Source: Myxococcota bacterium (GTDB lineage Bacteria; Myxococcota_A; UBA796; CAJQPC01). Taken from it: a stretch of DNA of 64,000 nt. Made by a program: the position numbers and the translations under genes. The notes below the pieces were generated by a model. That model saw nothing but the letters and a program-made list of their open reading frames with translations, searched no databases and was not told the origin of the DNA. This document shows, in pieces, positions 20,320 to 29,803 of this stretch. Location of the stretch: NCBI GenBank assembly GCA_036012755.1, contig DASCPX010000137.1, positions 1 to 64,000 of the forward strand. Direction: 5' to 3'. How positions within the stretch are numbered: position 1 is the stretch's first letter; every line of letters begins with the position of its first letter.

Positions 20320-21106
20320 GGGTGTGGTCCTCTACGAAGCGAAGGCTCAGGTGCCACTGGCCCCTGCCGCGGGGGTCCTCGAGCCAGAAGACGCGGCGCT
20401 TGTCGCGGGTGCTCGAGCCGGTCGCCGGGCCCAGGGACAGGCGCCATCCGTCCACGGAGAAGCAGCGCTCTCTGCGGAGGCGTGCAAGGTCGTAGGCGAA
20501 CTGCACCTTGGGGTAGGGGCGGAAGTTGCGGGCGGTTGGATCGCGCCGGAAGGCATCGGACTGGAGCTGGAGTGCCAGGACCGGGAGGACCTCGATGAGC
20601 TCGGCCCAGCCTCCTTCGCCTCGCTGCCGCCAGGCCTGCAGCAGGTGTCGGAGGAAGCCCTGGGCGGACCAGTCCCCTGGCTCGAGAGCTGCGATCAACT
20701 CTGCATGGGCGGCGAGGATGCGCTCTGCATCGGCGGGCACGCGAGCGAGCTGGAGCTCGGCGAAGCGCAACTCAGCGCGGTTGTTCTCCACGTCGACGTT
20801 GACGGTGAGCGGAGCCACGCGGAGGCGCAGGGGGTCTCGGCTGATGACCTCGCAAGAGCCGGTGAGTCCCTGGACGAGTCGGCGACCGCGGGTGCGCTCC
20901 TCCCAGGACAGCCAGGCCCCCAGCTCCTCGACCAGCGACGAGCCAGGCGGCAGCTGACCGAGGTCCCTGGTGATCCGGCCGATCTCGGCGCTGTCGTCCC
21001 GCTTGCGGTCGGCCAGCTTGAGCAGGAGACGGGCCCTCTTCTTGGAGTGCGCGGCCAGCTCGCGGAGGAGCTCGGAGGAGGGCAGGCGGGGGGTCGATTC
21101 GTTCAT
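20312..21106 (-). CDS. Hypothetical protein coupled to the DUF2791 ATPases
   Basis: Protein-like composition; overlaps the next start by 8 nt. Confidence 0.75.
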   Translation of the reverse strand: MNESTPRLPSSELLRELAAHSKKRARLLLKLADRKRDDSAEIGRITRDLGQLPPGSSLVEELGAWLSWEERTRGRRLVQGLTGSCEVISRDPLRLRVAPLTVNVDVENNRAELRFAELQLARVPADAERILAAHAELIAALEPGDWSAQGFLRHLLQAWRQRGEGGWAELIEVLPVLALQLQSDAFRRDPTARNFRPYPKVQFAYDLARLRRERCFSVDGWRLSLGPATGSSTRDKRRVFWLEDPRGRGQWHLSLRFVEDHTHV

Positions 21107-21107
21107 C

Positions 21108-21392
21108 TCAGGCCTCCGCAGGCTCGATGTCCAGGTGGGCGATCAGGCAATGGGCCTTCCTGGCCCGGATGTGATCCAGCAGCATCTCCGCCTCGTCGCG
21201 CAGGCTCTGGGCGAGCTCGTCGCGGCCGATGGCGCCGAAGGTCGCGGCCCACGCGATCCGGGTCGTGTACTGGCGCTCGGCGTCGAGCACGACCGAGCGG
21301 TTGTCGGGATCGCTCAGCTCCAGGCTCTGGGAGACGTCGTCGACGTCCCGCAGCCAGGCGAGGCTTCCCCTGGTGTCGTCACGTTCGTGCAT
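21108..21392 (-). CDS. Small hypothetical protein
   Basis: Fills the operon gap exactly (0-1 nt spacing on both sides). Confidence 0.6.
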   Translation of the reverse strand: MHERDDTRGSLAWLRDVDDVSQSLELSDPDNRSVVLDAERQYTTRIAWAATFGAIGRDELAQSLRDEAEMLLDHIRARKAHCLIAHLDIEPAEA

Positions 21393-22127
21393 TCAGATCC
21401 TCGTGAGTCCGCACCACGCGGCGCGACCGTTGGTCCGGGCGCGTGCGCGGAGGGCGTCGGGGGCGCCGCGATTCGCGGCGATGGCATGCAGTACGGAGCC
21501 TGCCGTGGAGTTGCAGAGCCGCAGCAGGATTCGGGCGGGGGTGCGAGGGTTGCCGGCGACAGCGGCGCGGACGTGCTCGACGCTGCGATCAGAGGCCAGC
21601 TTCACCAGCAGGGCCGGGTCGATGTCCCGGCGGGCGGCGATCGCTCCGCGGACAGGGGACCAGGAGTCCCGGGCCAGCCTGGGGTGCAGCCGAGGGTCCA
21701 GCCGAGGGTTGGTGGCGAGCGCCCGCCGCACCTCTCTGGCGTGCTTCATGTAGTCGTGGAGCAGCTCGGGCGGGGTGGACGGGTTGCAAGCGGCCCTGGC
21801 TCGGACCGGCACCGGCCGACTCCGGGCCCCAGCGAGGCGACGGATGACCGCTGTGGGAGTCGCGTCGCACCCGGCGAGGCTCATCGCGGTGCGCAGGGGG
21901 AGACGGTCGAGGAAGCCGGGGTCGGCCAGCATCCAGAGGTCCCAGAGGGGGTTCTGGAGGAGCTCTGCGGGGAACTCCTGACCCAGGCGCAGGAGCTCTC
22001 GCTCCGGCACAGAGGGGTTTCGGGCGAGCTGGCGGCCGATCGTCGGGTGGAGGCACGGATCCCCTGCGATCTCGGCGAGCCGCTCGGGCGAGGTCCCGGG
22101 GTCGCGGCACTGGTCGAAGAGGTTCAT
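21393..22127 (-). CDS. Leucine-rich-repeat-variant (LRV/HEAT-like) protein
   Basis: Repeats such as LARNPSVP, AACNPSTPPELL, LATNPRL, VAGNPRTP. TGATG overlap with the upstream gene. Confidence 0.8.
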   Translation of the reverse strand: MNLFDQCRDPGTSPERLAEIAGDPCLHPTIGRQLARNPSVPERELLRLGQEFPAELLQNPLWDLWMLADPGFLDRLPLRTAMSLAGCDATPTAVIRRLAGARSRPVPVRARAACNPSTPPELLHDYMKHAREVRRALATNPRLDPRLHPRLARDSWSPVRGAIAARRDIDPALLVKLASDRSVEHVRAAVAGNPRTPARILLRLCNSTAGSVLHAIAANRGAPDALRARARTNGRAAWCGLTRI

Positions 22128-23230
22128 CAGCTTCTCGTGGGGATGCGGGCGAGCTCGCCCCAGGGCACCGTCGCGACTCCGCCGTCCGGGATGACCCACA
22201 GGACTGGATACGGAGGAGCGGCACTCGGCATGGGGCCGAAGCCGTCAGTGAGGTAGACCGCAACCGGCGGGCCTCCGGACAGCTCGTGATGGGCTTGTTC
22301 GTCCACGGCGCCGAAGAAGGGGCGCAGGTCGGTGCCTCCGCCGCCCATCGGAGAGGGCAGCTCGGACTCGGGGGTGAGCTCGTGGGGCCCATAGAGCCGG
22401 GTGTCGGCGTACCAGAGCAACAGGCGCAGAGCAGGGTGGGATGCGGCGATGCCGCGCAGCTCGGCGACGAAGTCATCGAGCATGGAGCCGGAGACCGAGC
22501 CGGAGGTGTCGATGCAGACCCGCACATCGACGCGCTCTCCGTCGAGGGCGTCGAGGTAGAGCCCCTGGTGGACGAAGCGGCGGTCGAAGCCTCGGTAGTC
22601 GGTCGGAGAGCGGACCAGGTGCCGCCAGAGCAGCGTGCGCCAGTCCAGCGCCGGCTCCAGCACCGCTCCGAGCTCGCGCGAGGCAGCCAGCGCCTGGGTA
22701 CCGTGCACGCGCTGGGCGACCGCGGCCTTGCGCAGGGCGTCCCGCCACCAGGCCTCGTCTTGGGGACTTCCAGGCCTCTCGGCGAGGTCGCGCAGGCCGT
22801 GGCCGATCTTGTCGCCGAACTTCCTGGCTCGACCGGCCAGAACCGTGTGGATGCGTGCGTAGACGTCTTCTGCGCGCAGGTCCTCCAGCGCCCGGTCACG
22901 GACGATGCCGACCGGCGGCTGCAGGCCCGAGGCGATCAGGATTCCGTTGACGACGATGTCGCAGGCGAGGTTCCAGCGCAGTGGGTCGCGGAGACCTCTG
23001 CGGCGAACATGTCTGAGGGCCAGGTGGGCGACCTCGTGGGCGACCACGAAGTCGCGCTCGGAGGGCTCCAGGTCCTCCAGGAAGCGCGGGTTGTAGAGCA
23101 CCGTGCGGCCGTCGGTGGCCGCCGTGGCGATCGTCTCGTCGGGGACCCAGCGAGCGTGCAGGGCGAGCACGGCGAAGAAGGGGGCCCGGCCTCGGAGCCG
23201 CAGCAGACAGCGGGAGACGAGCTTGTTCAC
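22127..23230 (-). CDS. DUF2201-family metallopeptidase-like plus vWA-like protein
   Basis: TAATDG, HEVAH, WNLACD, vWA motif IDTSGS, GGGGTD, YLTDG. GTG start overlaps the upstream TGA. Confidence 0.9.
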   Translation of the reverse strand: MNKLVSRCLLRLRGRAPFFAVLALHARWVPDETIATAATDGRTVLYNPRFLEDLEPSERDFVVAHEVAHLALRHVRRRGLRDPLRWNLACDIVVNGILIASGLQPPVGIVRDRALEDLRAEDVYARIHTVLAGRARKFGDKIGHGLRDLAERPGSPQDEAWWRDALRKAAVAQRVHGTQALAASRELGAVLEPALDWRTLLWRHLVRSPTDYRGFDRRFVHQGLYLDALDGERVDVRVCIDTSGSVSGSMLDDFVAELRGIAASHPALRLLLWYADTRLYGPHELTPESELPSPMGGGGTDLRPFFGAVDEQAHHELSGGPPVAVYLTDGFGPMPSAAPPYPVLWVIPDGGVATVPWGELARIPTRS

Positions 23231-24225
23231 GCTGCATCCCGGGCGAGCTCCCGGACGAGCTTGCTGAGCTGGGGGTGGCTCTTCAGCAGCTGGGCGAGCA
23301 GGCCCAGGCGGCCCCGGCTCCGGAAGCGGGTCACGAGGTCGGCGACGAAGAGCTGGACCCACTCGGCGCCGGCTCGGGCGCTCAGCCAGCGGAAGGCCGC
23401 CAGGGCCTCTTCTTCGTCGGCGACGCGCAGGGCCAGCCCCACGCAGGTGGCGAAGCGCACGCTGAGCTCTTTGGGCCAGCCGATGTCCTCGCCGCGGCCT
23501 CGCAGGACGGGGGACAGGTCGGGCAGGCAGGCGACCGTGTCGAGGTAGACGCGGAACTCGTCCCCGGCGGCCTCGCCGACCGCACAGGAGACCTCGAGGG
23601 CGGCCTCGTGGAGGGTGCTGGCCATCTCCCAGGTCCGCGGCGACGGGAAGGCCGGCCGGTTGCGGTCGAGCTTGTAGAGCAGCTCGGGCCGGAAGGACAG
23701 GAAGGCGATGACGTCGGCGGAGAGCTCCTGACTCATCGCGTAGCGCTTCCAGCTGTCCAGATCGGGCTCGATCTCGACGTGGATGCAGCGGTTGGCGACC
23801 GGCGCCGGCATGGCATGCACGGCCGCGGCGTCTTCACGCCGGTTGGAGGCGCACCAGATGAACCAGCCATCTCCCAGGCGGTGTTCGCCGATGCGTCGGT
23901 CCAGGAGCAGCTCCTGGGCCAGGCCCTGCACGCTCGGCACTGCGTTGGCGAGCTCATCGAGGAAGAGCACACCAGCACCATCAGGCCGAAGGAACTCGGG
24001 CCGGGCGAAGCGGGCGATGCCGTCTGCGACGATGGGCAGACCTCTCAGATCGGTAGGCGCCAGCTGCCCGAGTCGCAGGTCGATGACCTCCAGCCCGTGG
24101 CTCTCTGCGACGGTCCGCACGATCGCGGACTTGCCGACGCCGGGGGGACCCCAGATGACGACGGGCAGCTCGATGCTCAGCTCGACCAGGGTGTCGAGGC
24201 GCTCTCGAAGTTCGTGGGGTCGCAT
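23227..24225 (-). CDS. MoxR-like AAA+ ATPase (DUF2201-associated type)
   Basis: WGPPGVGKS, DLRGLP, LFLDE, ASNR, ANR, FPSPRTWE. Confidence 0.92.
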   Translation of the reverse strand: MRPHELRERLDTLVELSIELPVVIWGPPGVGKSAIVRTVAESHGLEVIDLRLGQLAPTDLRGLPIVADGIARFARPEFLRPDGAGVLFLDELANAVPSVQGLAQELLLDRRIGEHRLGDGWFIWCASNRREDAAAVHAMPAPVANRCIHVEIEPDLDSWKRYAMSQELSADVIAFLSFRPELLYKLDRNRPAFPSPRTWEMASTLHEAALEVSCAVGEAAGDEFRVYLDTVACLPDLSPVLRGRGEDIGWPKELSVRFATCVGLALRVADEEEALAAFRWLSARAGAEWVQLFVADLVTRFRSRGRLGLLAQLLKSHPQLSKLVRELARDAA

Positions 24226-24278
24226 CCAGCTCCTCGGGCTTCGAGGAGGAGAGCGAGGCGGACTCCCTTACGGACAGC

Positions 24279-27200
24279 TCAGAAGGGGATGTCGTCGTCC
24301 GGGGTGGCGAGCTGTCGCTTCACCTCTGCGAGCTCGCCCACCTCCAGCGGCTCGAGGTCCCCGGTCTCGAGGCGTCGCTCGAGCTCCTGCATGGCGCTGC
24401 GGTCGTGCAGCGCCAGCTCCCGCAGCATGCCCTTCGCGGGCTCTCGACGTCGCGGGGGCCGGGCGTCGAGCCAGTGGATCACGGCGCCAAGTCGGGCGGA
24501 TGGACCGCCTAGCGTCCACATGTCTGCGGCGAGCCTGTCCGCCCTCTCGCCCTCTCCGCCCTCTGCGAGCTGGTGCAGCAGCCCCCGCGTAGTGCCGGCG
24601 CCGAGCTCTCTCCCGCTCCGCAAGAGATCCTCGAGGTAGTCCATGGCCACTGGCCGCAGCGCGGAGCAGTCGGGGGGCTCCAGCCCGAGGGCCCGCACGT
24701 CCAGCCACCAGGGCTCCTCCATCCGCCAGGTCGACCGCAGGAGGAAGTAGGGATCGAAGAGGGCGTCTCCGCCGAAGAGCAGCGCGACGGCGAAGTCCAG
24801 GGGGGAGTCGAAGAGGAAGGTGTAGGGCTCGGGATCGTCGAGTGCTTGGGGGTCGAGGATGGGCCATCGACGCTGTCGATCGGCGCCCGCGGCGGCCGAG
24901 AGCGGCATCGTCCCCACCGCGATGGACCGAGCCTCCTCCGGGTCGGCCGACAGGCCGGGGCAGCCAGCCGCCAGCCGCATGGCCAGAGCCCGGGCGATCC
25001 CGTCGTCGTTCTCTGCCAGGGCCCTCAGCCTCTCCGCCGCCTCTGGCCTGGGCTCCACGCCGAAGCCATGGAGCTGGCGGATGAGGAGGCGAGCGGCGAC
25101 CTCCTGGTCCTCCTCCGCGAGGTCCTCGAGCCACTCCACGGCCAGCTCCGGAGCTCCGGTGGGGAGTGTCTCGGTGACCCCGATCGCCGCCTGGTCCAGG
25201 ACCCGGTGAGCCCAGCGCTCCCGGGCCGAGGCCACCCCGGCGAGCCCGGCGAGGTGGAGCCAGTGGAGGATGCCGCGATCGTCCTCGATGTCTCCCCGGT
25301 CGTGGGCTCCGGCCAGGGCGGCGGAGGCGCTGGCCCTGCCTGCCTCGCTCGCTTGCAGCAAGAGCTCCTTGGTCTCCTCCGGACCGATCTCGCCGCACAC
25401 CGACAGGGCGTGCAGGCCGAGGGCCTCTGCGGCCTCTGCGTCTCCTTCGTCGATCGCCCGGCGGAGCCAGCGCTCCCCCTCCTCGACGTGGACGATGCGA
25501 CGCATCGGACCTACGCTCGAGCTCACGCCAGAGGTCTCGAGCCACCGGTTCGGGTGCTCGAAGGCCTCGTCGGGCTCCAGCCCTCCGGCGTGGAAACCAG
25601 CGGAGCGAAGCAGGGCAACCCCCAGCACCCGTGCGGCCGCCGGGTCGTCGACCGCTGCCTCGCGCGCGGCCTGCAGCACCTCGTCCGCTCGGACCCACTC
25701 GTCGAGGAGCTCCTCTGCGAACTGCACGACGGCGCCTGGTCCCTTGAGGGTGGGCTCCTCGTAGAACCAGGACTTCGAGGTCGTGCCGTCGATGCGCAGC
25801 AGGCCAGGCGAGAAGTGCGCGTAGAAGCACCGGCTCCGCAGGCTCACGGCGATGTGGTGCTTGTGGATCTTGACGTGCAGCAGGTGGAGCCGCCGTCGCT
25901 TGAGTACCGCCTGGCCCCGACCTCGGGCGCTCCAGGTGTCGGTGTCCTGGAGTCGGCCGTGGAGTCGCTCCTGGAGGAGTGACAACAGCGCCGGGCCGGT
26001 GGTCTCTCCGCTGGGATCGGGGAAGTCCCAGGCGATGATCTCCGGGTCGTCGCCAAAGTCGTCGATGTCTTTGCGCCAGCGCTCCAGCTCGTCGGGTACT
26101 CCGGCGCCGAGCTCGGGCAGGGCGTCCGGGAGATCGAAGGACCTCGAGTCGAAGAGGTACTCGTCGTCCAGGGCGATGGCGGATCCAGCAGGAGTGCCGC
26201 CGATGCGCTCGGTGAGCCAGGCGGGGGTGGGCACCGGGTCGTAGCCGCCGAGGACCTTCGCCAGGTAGGCGCCATGCAGGCCGTCCGGGGGCCGCCCCGC
26301 GATGTTCCGCGGCACCCTCTCGCGGTCGACCTCTTCCTCGCCGGGGAAGGGCCAGTGGTGGGCACAGTCGCGGCAGACCAGGTAGCGATGCAGGGTCGGC
26401 TCGTAGCGGATCTTCTGGGACTGGAAGGAGAGGCTCTTGCCAGCGACGGAGAACTCGGCCTCGTCGGTGGCCTCCTCCACGAGGAAGATGGAGGGCCCGC
26501 CCTCGACGAAGACCCGACCGGCGCTGACGCGGATGCCGTCACAGTCCGGGCAGCGCGCCCACTCCGGCGGCTCGATGCCGTTGAGTCGCGCCCGGACGAG
26601 GCCGACGAGGCTCAGGATCTCGAGCTGGTCGTCTTCGTGGGCCGCTTCGTCGAACCATGCCCTTGGGTCATCGAGCTCGCGGAGTCCATCGGAGCGCACC
26701 TCGTGAAGGCGTGGAGGGTCGCCCTGCACGAGCACCGCCGCGCGGATGTGGCGCCGGAGCCTCGGCCGAACCAGGGGCGCAGCCAGTGAGAGGGCGCGGC
26801 GGTGGACCGGAGCAAGCGGGATCTTGTGGGACAGCCCACGCTTGATGTCGAGGGCGACGACGCCCATGGTGGGGTGGAGCAGCACTGCGTCGAGCTCGAA
26901 GCGGTCACCGCCCAGGACCTCCCAGCCCTCGGGACAGACGGCGTCGATGTGCGCCAGGGCTTCGGGTCCCAGCCCAGAGGCCAGCAGCCTCATCTGCTGC
27001 TCGAACCACTGCCCCAGGACGCCGAGGTCCGCCGCGAAGACCAGCTCCATGGTGCGCAGGGCCGGACCGAAGAGCTGGCCGAGCACGTCACCGTGGTCGG
27101 GGTGCACCGGCAGGGGAGGAGGCGGGTTCATCTCCGGCGGGTCGGGCAGCCTGGCGTCCGGACGGCTGGCGGCTTGCCGTGCGCCGATGGCCAGGTGCTC

Positions 27201-28841
27201 GAAGGACTGCCAGGCGTCCAGGAAGCTCAGGTCATGGCGCTTCGCAGGCATGAGCGCGGGCTCGGACAACGCCGAGGCCAGCTGCGCTGCGACCTCGCGG
27301 ATGCGGTTGCTCCAAGACGACAGGGGCCTCCCCGGCAGCTGGTTGCGCAGGCTGAAGAGCCAGCGGTCGACGTCGTCGAATGGAGTGCGCGCGGGGGTCG
27401 TCGCCCGATGTCGAGCCGGTCGCAAGAGCTCCGGGTCGTAGTCCCAGCCCGCCGCGTCCAGCACGTTGCAGAGGGCGCTGAGAACCCCGGAGTCCCAGGC
27501 GGCGCCTCCCTCGTCGAGGCGGTCCTCGCGGATCCGGATGAGCAGGTCCACGGGGACGCGCAGGTCGCTGGGGAAGTCCTCGGCCTGGCCGGCCTCGATC
27601 ACCCACTCCAGGACCTCGGCGATGCGCTCCGGACGCAGGAAGGAGCGCAGGCTGGCCTTTGCATCCTCGTCGGCGAAGACCAGGAGCGGCTCCGGCCGAT
27701 CGCCGAGCTCCACCCGGCGCAGCATGCCCGAGGTGATGGCCTCTGCGATGTGGAGGCGGGTGAGTCGGGCTTCGCCGACCAGGCGGGTTCCCAGGGCAAC
27801 CAGCAGCGAGTGGTCGATGGCGGCGCCGGGCACAGAGGCGGCCAGGGCCAACAACTCCAGGGACTCCGGACTGGCCCCCCGAGCGAAGCGGTGGGCGTGC
27901 TCCACCCAGTCGAGGATCGGCTCTCGTTCTCTCCGCGGCCGCTCCCTCCGCGGCAGTCTCCGGGCCAGCAGGGAGCCTGCTCCACGACCGTGCGCCCAGG
28001 ACTCGAGCGGGCGAATGCCCTCTGGAGAGAGCTCCACCAGCGGCAGGCGAATCTCTGAGGGGTCGACCTGGCCGGGCCTGAGCCTGCCGAGGCGAAGTCG
28101 GTCGGCCGGGGTCCTTCGCCACGCCCCCCGGGTCCAGGGGTGGAGCCATGCGATGCGGGTGCCGGAGGGCAGCTCGGCCAGTGCCTGCGCCAGAGCGCCG
28201 CCTCGGATCACGTGGCTCACTCCATCGGAGACCAGCAACACGAGGTTGTCGAGCCCCGGACGCACCAGCCGCCGGAGCTCCAGCTCGCTCCCGCCACCGA
28301 TACGGCCACGGGAGACGCCGGCGAAGCTGCCGACCTCTTGGGCGAGCTCGACGACCCGGTCGCAGAGGTCCCGCCAGGGAGTCATCGAGGCGCTGCGGTC
28401 CTCGACGATGACGAGGTGGATCCCGGGCTCCCGTCTCGGCCGCAGCTCCAGGCGGATGTCGTCTGCGGCGGCGCTGGCCCTCACCGTCGCCTCGACGTCG
28501 AGCTCCTGGTGGCTCGGGCTCTCCCGGGTGCTCGCGAGTCGGTGGAGCCCTCGAGCCAGCGCTCTCCGGTCGCGCAGCGGCAGTGGCCTCGGCAGGGACA
28601 GGCGCAGTCGCTCGGCGCCGCCGCCCGGCGTGGTCTCCTCTGCGCCGATGCCTGCCTCTACCTGGCTCGTGGCGTCGGGCTCGGTCTTCGGGGCCCTTTG
28701 GCGGGGTGGAGAGGGCGACGTCCTGGCAGGCGGATCCTCGCAGAGGTCCTCTCGCGTGGGCTCGCTGGCGGAGGGCTCCACCGGTCCTCGCAAGCGACGC
28801 AGCCACAGGACCTCCGCGATCTCCCGGGGCGAGAGCGTCAC
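24279..28841 (-). CDS. SAV_2336-type vWA-like protein with NERD/PD-(D/E)xK-like, zinc-ribbon and Sel1-like regions
   Basis: EIAEVLWL, LDVEATV, EDRSASMTPW, LLVSDGVS, HPW..AWRRT; ELDAVLLHPTMGVVALDIK; CPDC/CRDC; Sel1-like helices; C-terminus DDDIPF. Confidence 0.82.
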   Translation of the reverse strand: MTLSPREIAEVLWLRRLRGPVEPSASEPTREDLCEDPPARTSPSPPRQRAPKTEPDATSQVEAGIGAEETTPGGGAERLRLSLPRPLPLRDRRALARGLHRLASTRESPSHQELDVEATVRASAAADDIRLELRPRREPGIHLVIVEDRSASMTPWRDLCDRVVELAQEVGSFAGVSRGRIGGGSELELRRLVRPGLDNLVLLVSDGVSHVIRGGALAQALAELPSGTRIAWLHPWTRGAWRRTPADRLRLGRLRPGQVDPSEIRLPLVELSPEGIRPLESWAHGRGAGSLLARRLPRRERPRREREPILDWVEHAHRFARGASPESLELLALAASVPGAAIDHSLLVALGTRLVGEARLTRLHIAEAITSGMLRRVELGDRPEPLLVFADEDAKASLRSFLRPERIAEVLEWVIEAGQAEDFPSDLRVPVDLLIRIREDRLDEGGAAWDSGVLSALCNVLDAAGWDYDPELLRPARHRATTPARTPFDDVDRWLFSLRNQLPGRPLSSWSNRIREVAAQLASALSEPALMPAKRHDLSFLDAWQSFEHLAIGARQAASRPDARLPDPPEMNPPPPLPVHPDHGDVLGQLFGPALRTMELVFAADLGVLGQWFEQQMRLLASGLGPEALAHIDAVCPEGWEVLGGDRFELDAVLLHPTMGVVALDIKRGLSHKIPLAPVHRRALSLAAPLVRPRLRRHIRAAVLVQGDPPRLHEVRSDGLRELDDPRAWFDEAAHEDDQLEILSLVGLVRARLNGIEPPEWARCPDCDGIRVSAGRVFVEGGPSIFLVEEATDEAEFSVAGKSLSFQSQKIRYEPTLHRYLVCRDCAHHWPFPGEEEVDRERVPRNIAGRPPDGLHGAYLAKVLGGYDPVPTPAWLTERIGGTPAGSAIALDDEYLFDSRSFDLPDALPELGAGVPDELERWRKDIDDFGDDPEIIAWDFPDPSGETTGPALLSLLQERLHGRLQDTDTWSARGRGQAVLKRRRLHLLHVKIHKHHIAVSLRSRCFYAHFSPGLLRIDGTTSKSWFYEEPTLKGPGAVVQFAEELLDEWVRADEVLQAAREAAVDDPAAARVLGVALLRSAGFHAGGLEPDEAFEHPNRWLETSGVSSSVGPMRRIVHVEEGERWLRRAIDEGDAEAAEALGLHALSVCGEIGPEETKELLLQASEAGRASASAALAGAHDRGDIEDDRGILHWLHLAGLAGVASARERWAHRVLDQAAIGVTETLPTGAPELAVEWLEDLAEEDQEVAARLLIRQLHGFGVEPRPEAAERLRALAENDDGIARALAMRLAAGCPGLSADPEEARSIAVGTMPLSAAAGADRQRRWPILDPQALDDPEPYTFLFDSPLDFAVALLFGGDALFDPYFLLRSTWRMEEPWWLDVRALGLEPPDCSALRPVAMDYLEDLLRSGRELGAGTTRGLLHQLAEGGEGERADRLAADMWTLGGPSARLGAVIHWLDARPPRRREPAKGMLRELALHDRSAMQELERRLETGDLEPLEVGELAEVKRQLATPDDDIPF

Positions 28842-29803
28842 CTCCGGTCGCGCTTCAGGCTCTGCATCGCGTCCTCGACCGGCGCCCCGTGGCCCGCGTT
28901 CAGGAAGAGGGCCTGAAGGAAGACGTCGGTGGCCTGGTCCGGGTGCTCGTGAAGTAGCGAGGCGATCTCCTCTTCGGAGACCACGTCGCCGAGCTGCTGC
29001 TGCACGATGCGGTGGAGGTGGGCGCCGGTGGGTCGGCGCAGCTCGAGCTGGACGCAGCGACGCAGGAAGGCCGGCGGGAACTCCCGCTCCTTGTTCGAGG
29101 TGATGACCACCACGGGGTGGTGGTGGGTCCGCACCCGCCCACCGGAGATCGGCACCCGATCCGACTCTCCGCCACAGTCGCTGGGCCAGACGAGCTCGGT
29201 GCCGTCGGAGCGCGCCAGCTCGTCGACGCGGAAGGCCCCCTCTTCGAAGACGTGGAGCAGGTCATTGGGCAGGTCGTAGCTGGACTTGTCGAGCTCGTCG
29301 ACGAGCAGCACGCGCGGCTCGGCTGTCGGCAGGAGCGCCGTTCCGAGGGGGCCCAGGTGGATGAAGTCAGCGATCCCGGATTCGCCCTGTTCCTTGATGG
29401 CGCGGAGGTGATCGACGGCGTCGTAGCTGTAGAGCCCGTCTGCCAGCGTCGTGCGCGAGTTGATCTCCCAGCGCAGCACGGCCCCGAGGCGGAGCACGTG
29501 TGCCAGGTGGTAGGCCAGGGAGGACTTGCCGATGCCCGGGTCGCCGGTCACCAGCAGCGGTCGGCGCACCAACAGCGCGATGTTGATGCGGTCGGCTTCG
29601 TCGGGCCCCTCCTCCCCCTCCTGGCGGAAGAGCGAAGACGACACGTAGTTGCGTCCCCGTTGTTCATGGGGTTTCGGCGCTGGGACCTCTCGTTCGACGT
29701 TTGGCACCGCCTGTGGGCATCGCCACGGCGGAGCCTTCTTCAGCCAGCGCTGCCGACTCTCGTCGGACACCGGGTTTCGAGGGTCGTAGATCCTCCAGCT
29801 CAT
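28838..29803 (-). CDS. MoxR AAA+ ATPase of the vWA-MoxR-VMAP ternary type
   Basis: MSWRIY start, RRPLLVTGDPGIGKSS, LGPLGTALLP, LLVDELDKS.DLPNDLL, ITSN.EREFP.AFLRRC. Confidence 0.92.
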   Translation of the reverse strand: MSWRIYDPRNPVSDESRQRWLKKAPPWRCPQAVPNVEREVPAPKPHEQRGRNYVSSSLFRQEGEEGPDEADRINIALLVRRPLLVTGDPGIGKSSLAYHLAHVLRLGAVLRWEINSRTTLADGLYSYDAVDHLRAIKEQGESGIADFIHLGPLGTALLPTAEPRVLLVDELDKSSYDLPNDLLHVFEEGAFRVDELARSDGTELVWPSDCGGESDRVPISGGRVRTHHHPVVVITSNKEREFPPAFLRRCVQLELRRPTGAHLHRIVQQQLGDVVSEEEIASLLHEHPDQATDVFLQALFLNAGHGAPVEDAMQSLKRDRR

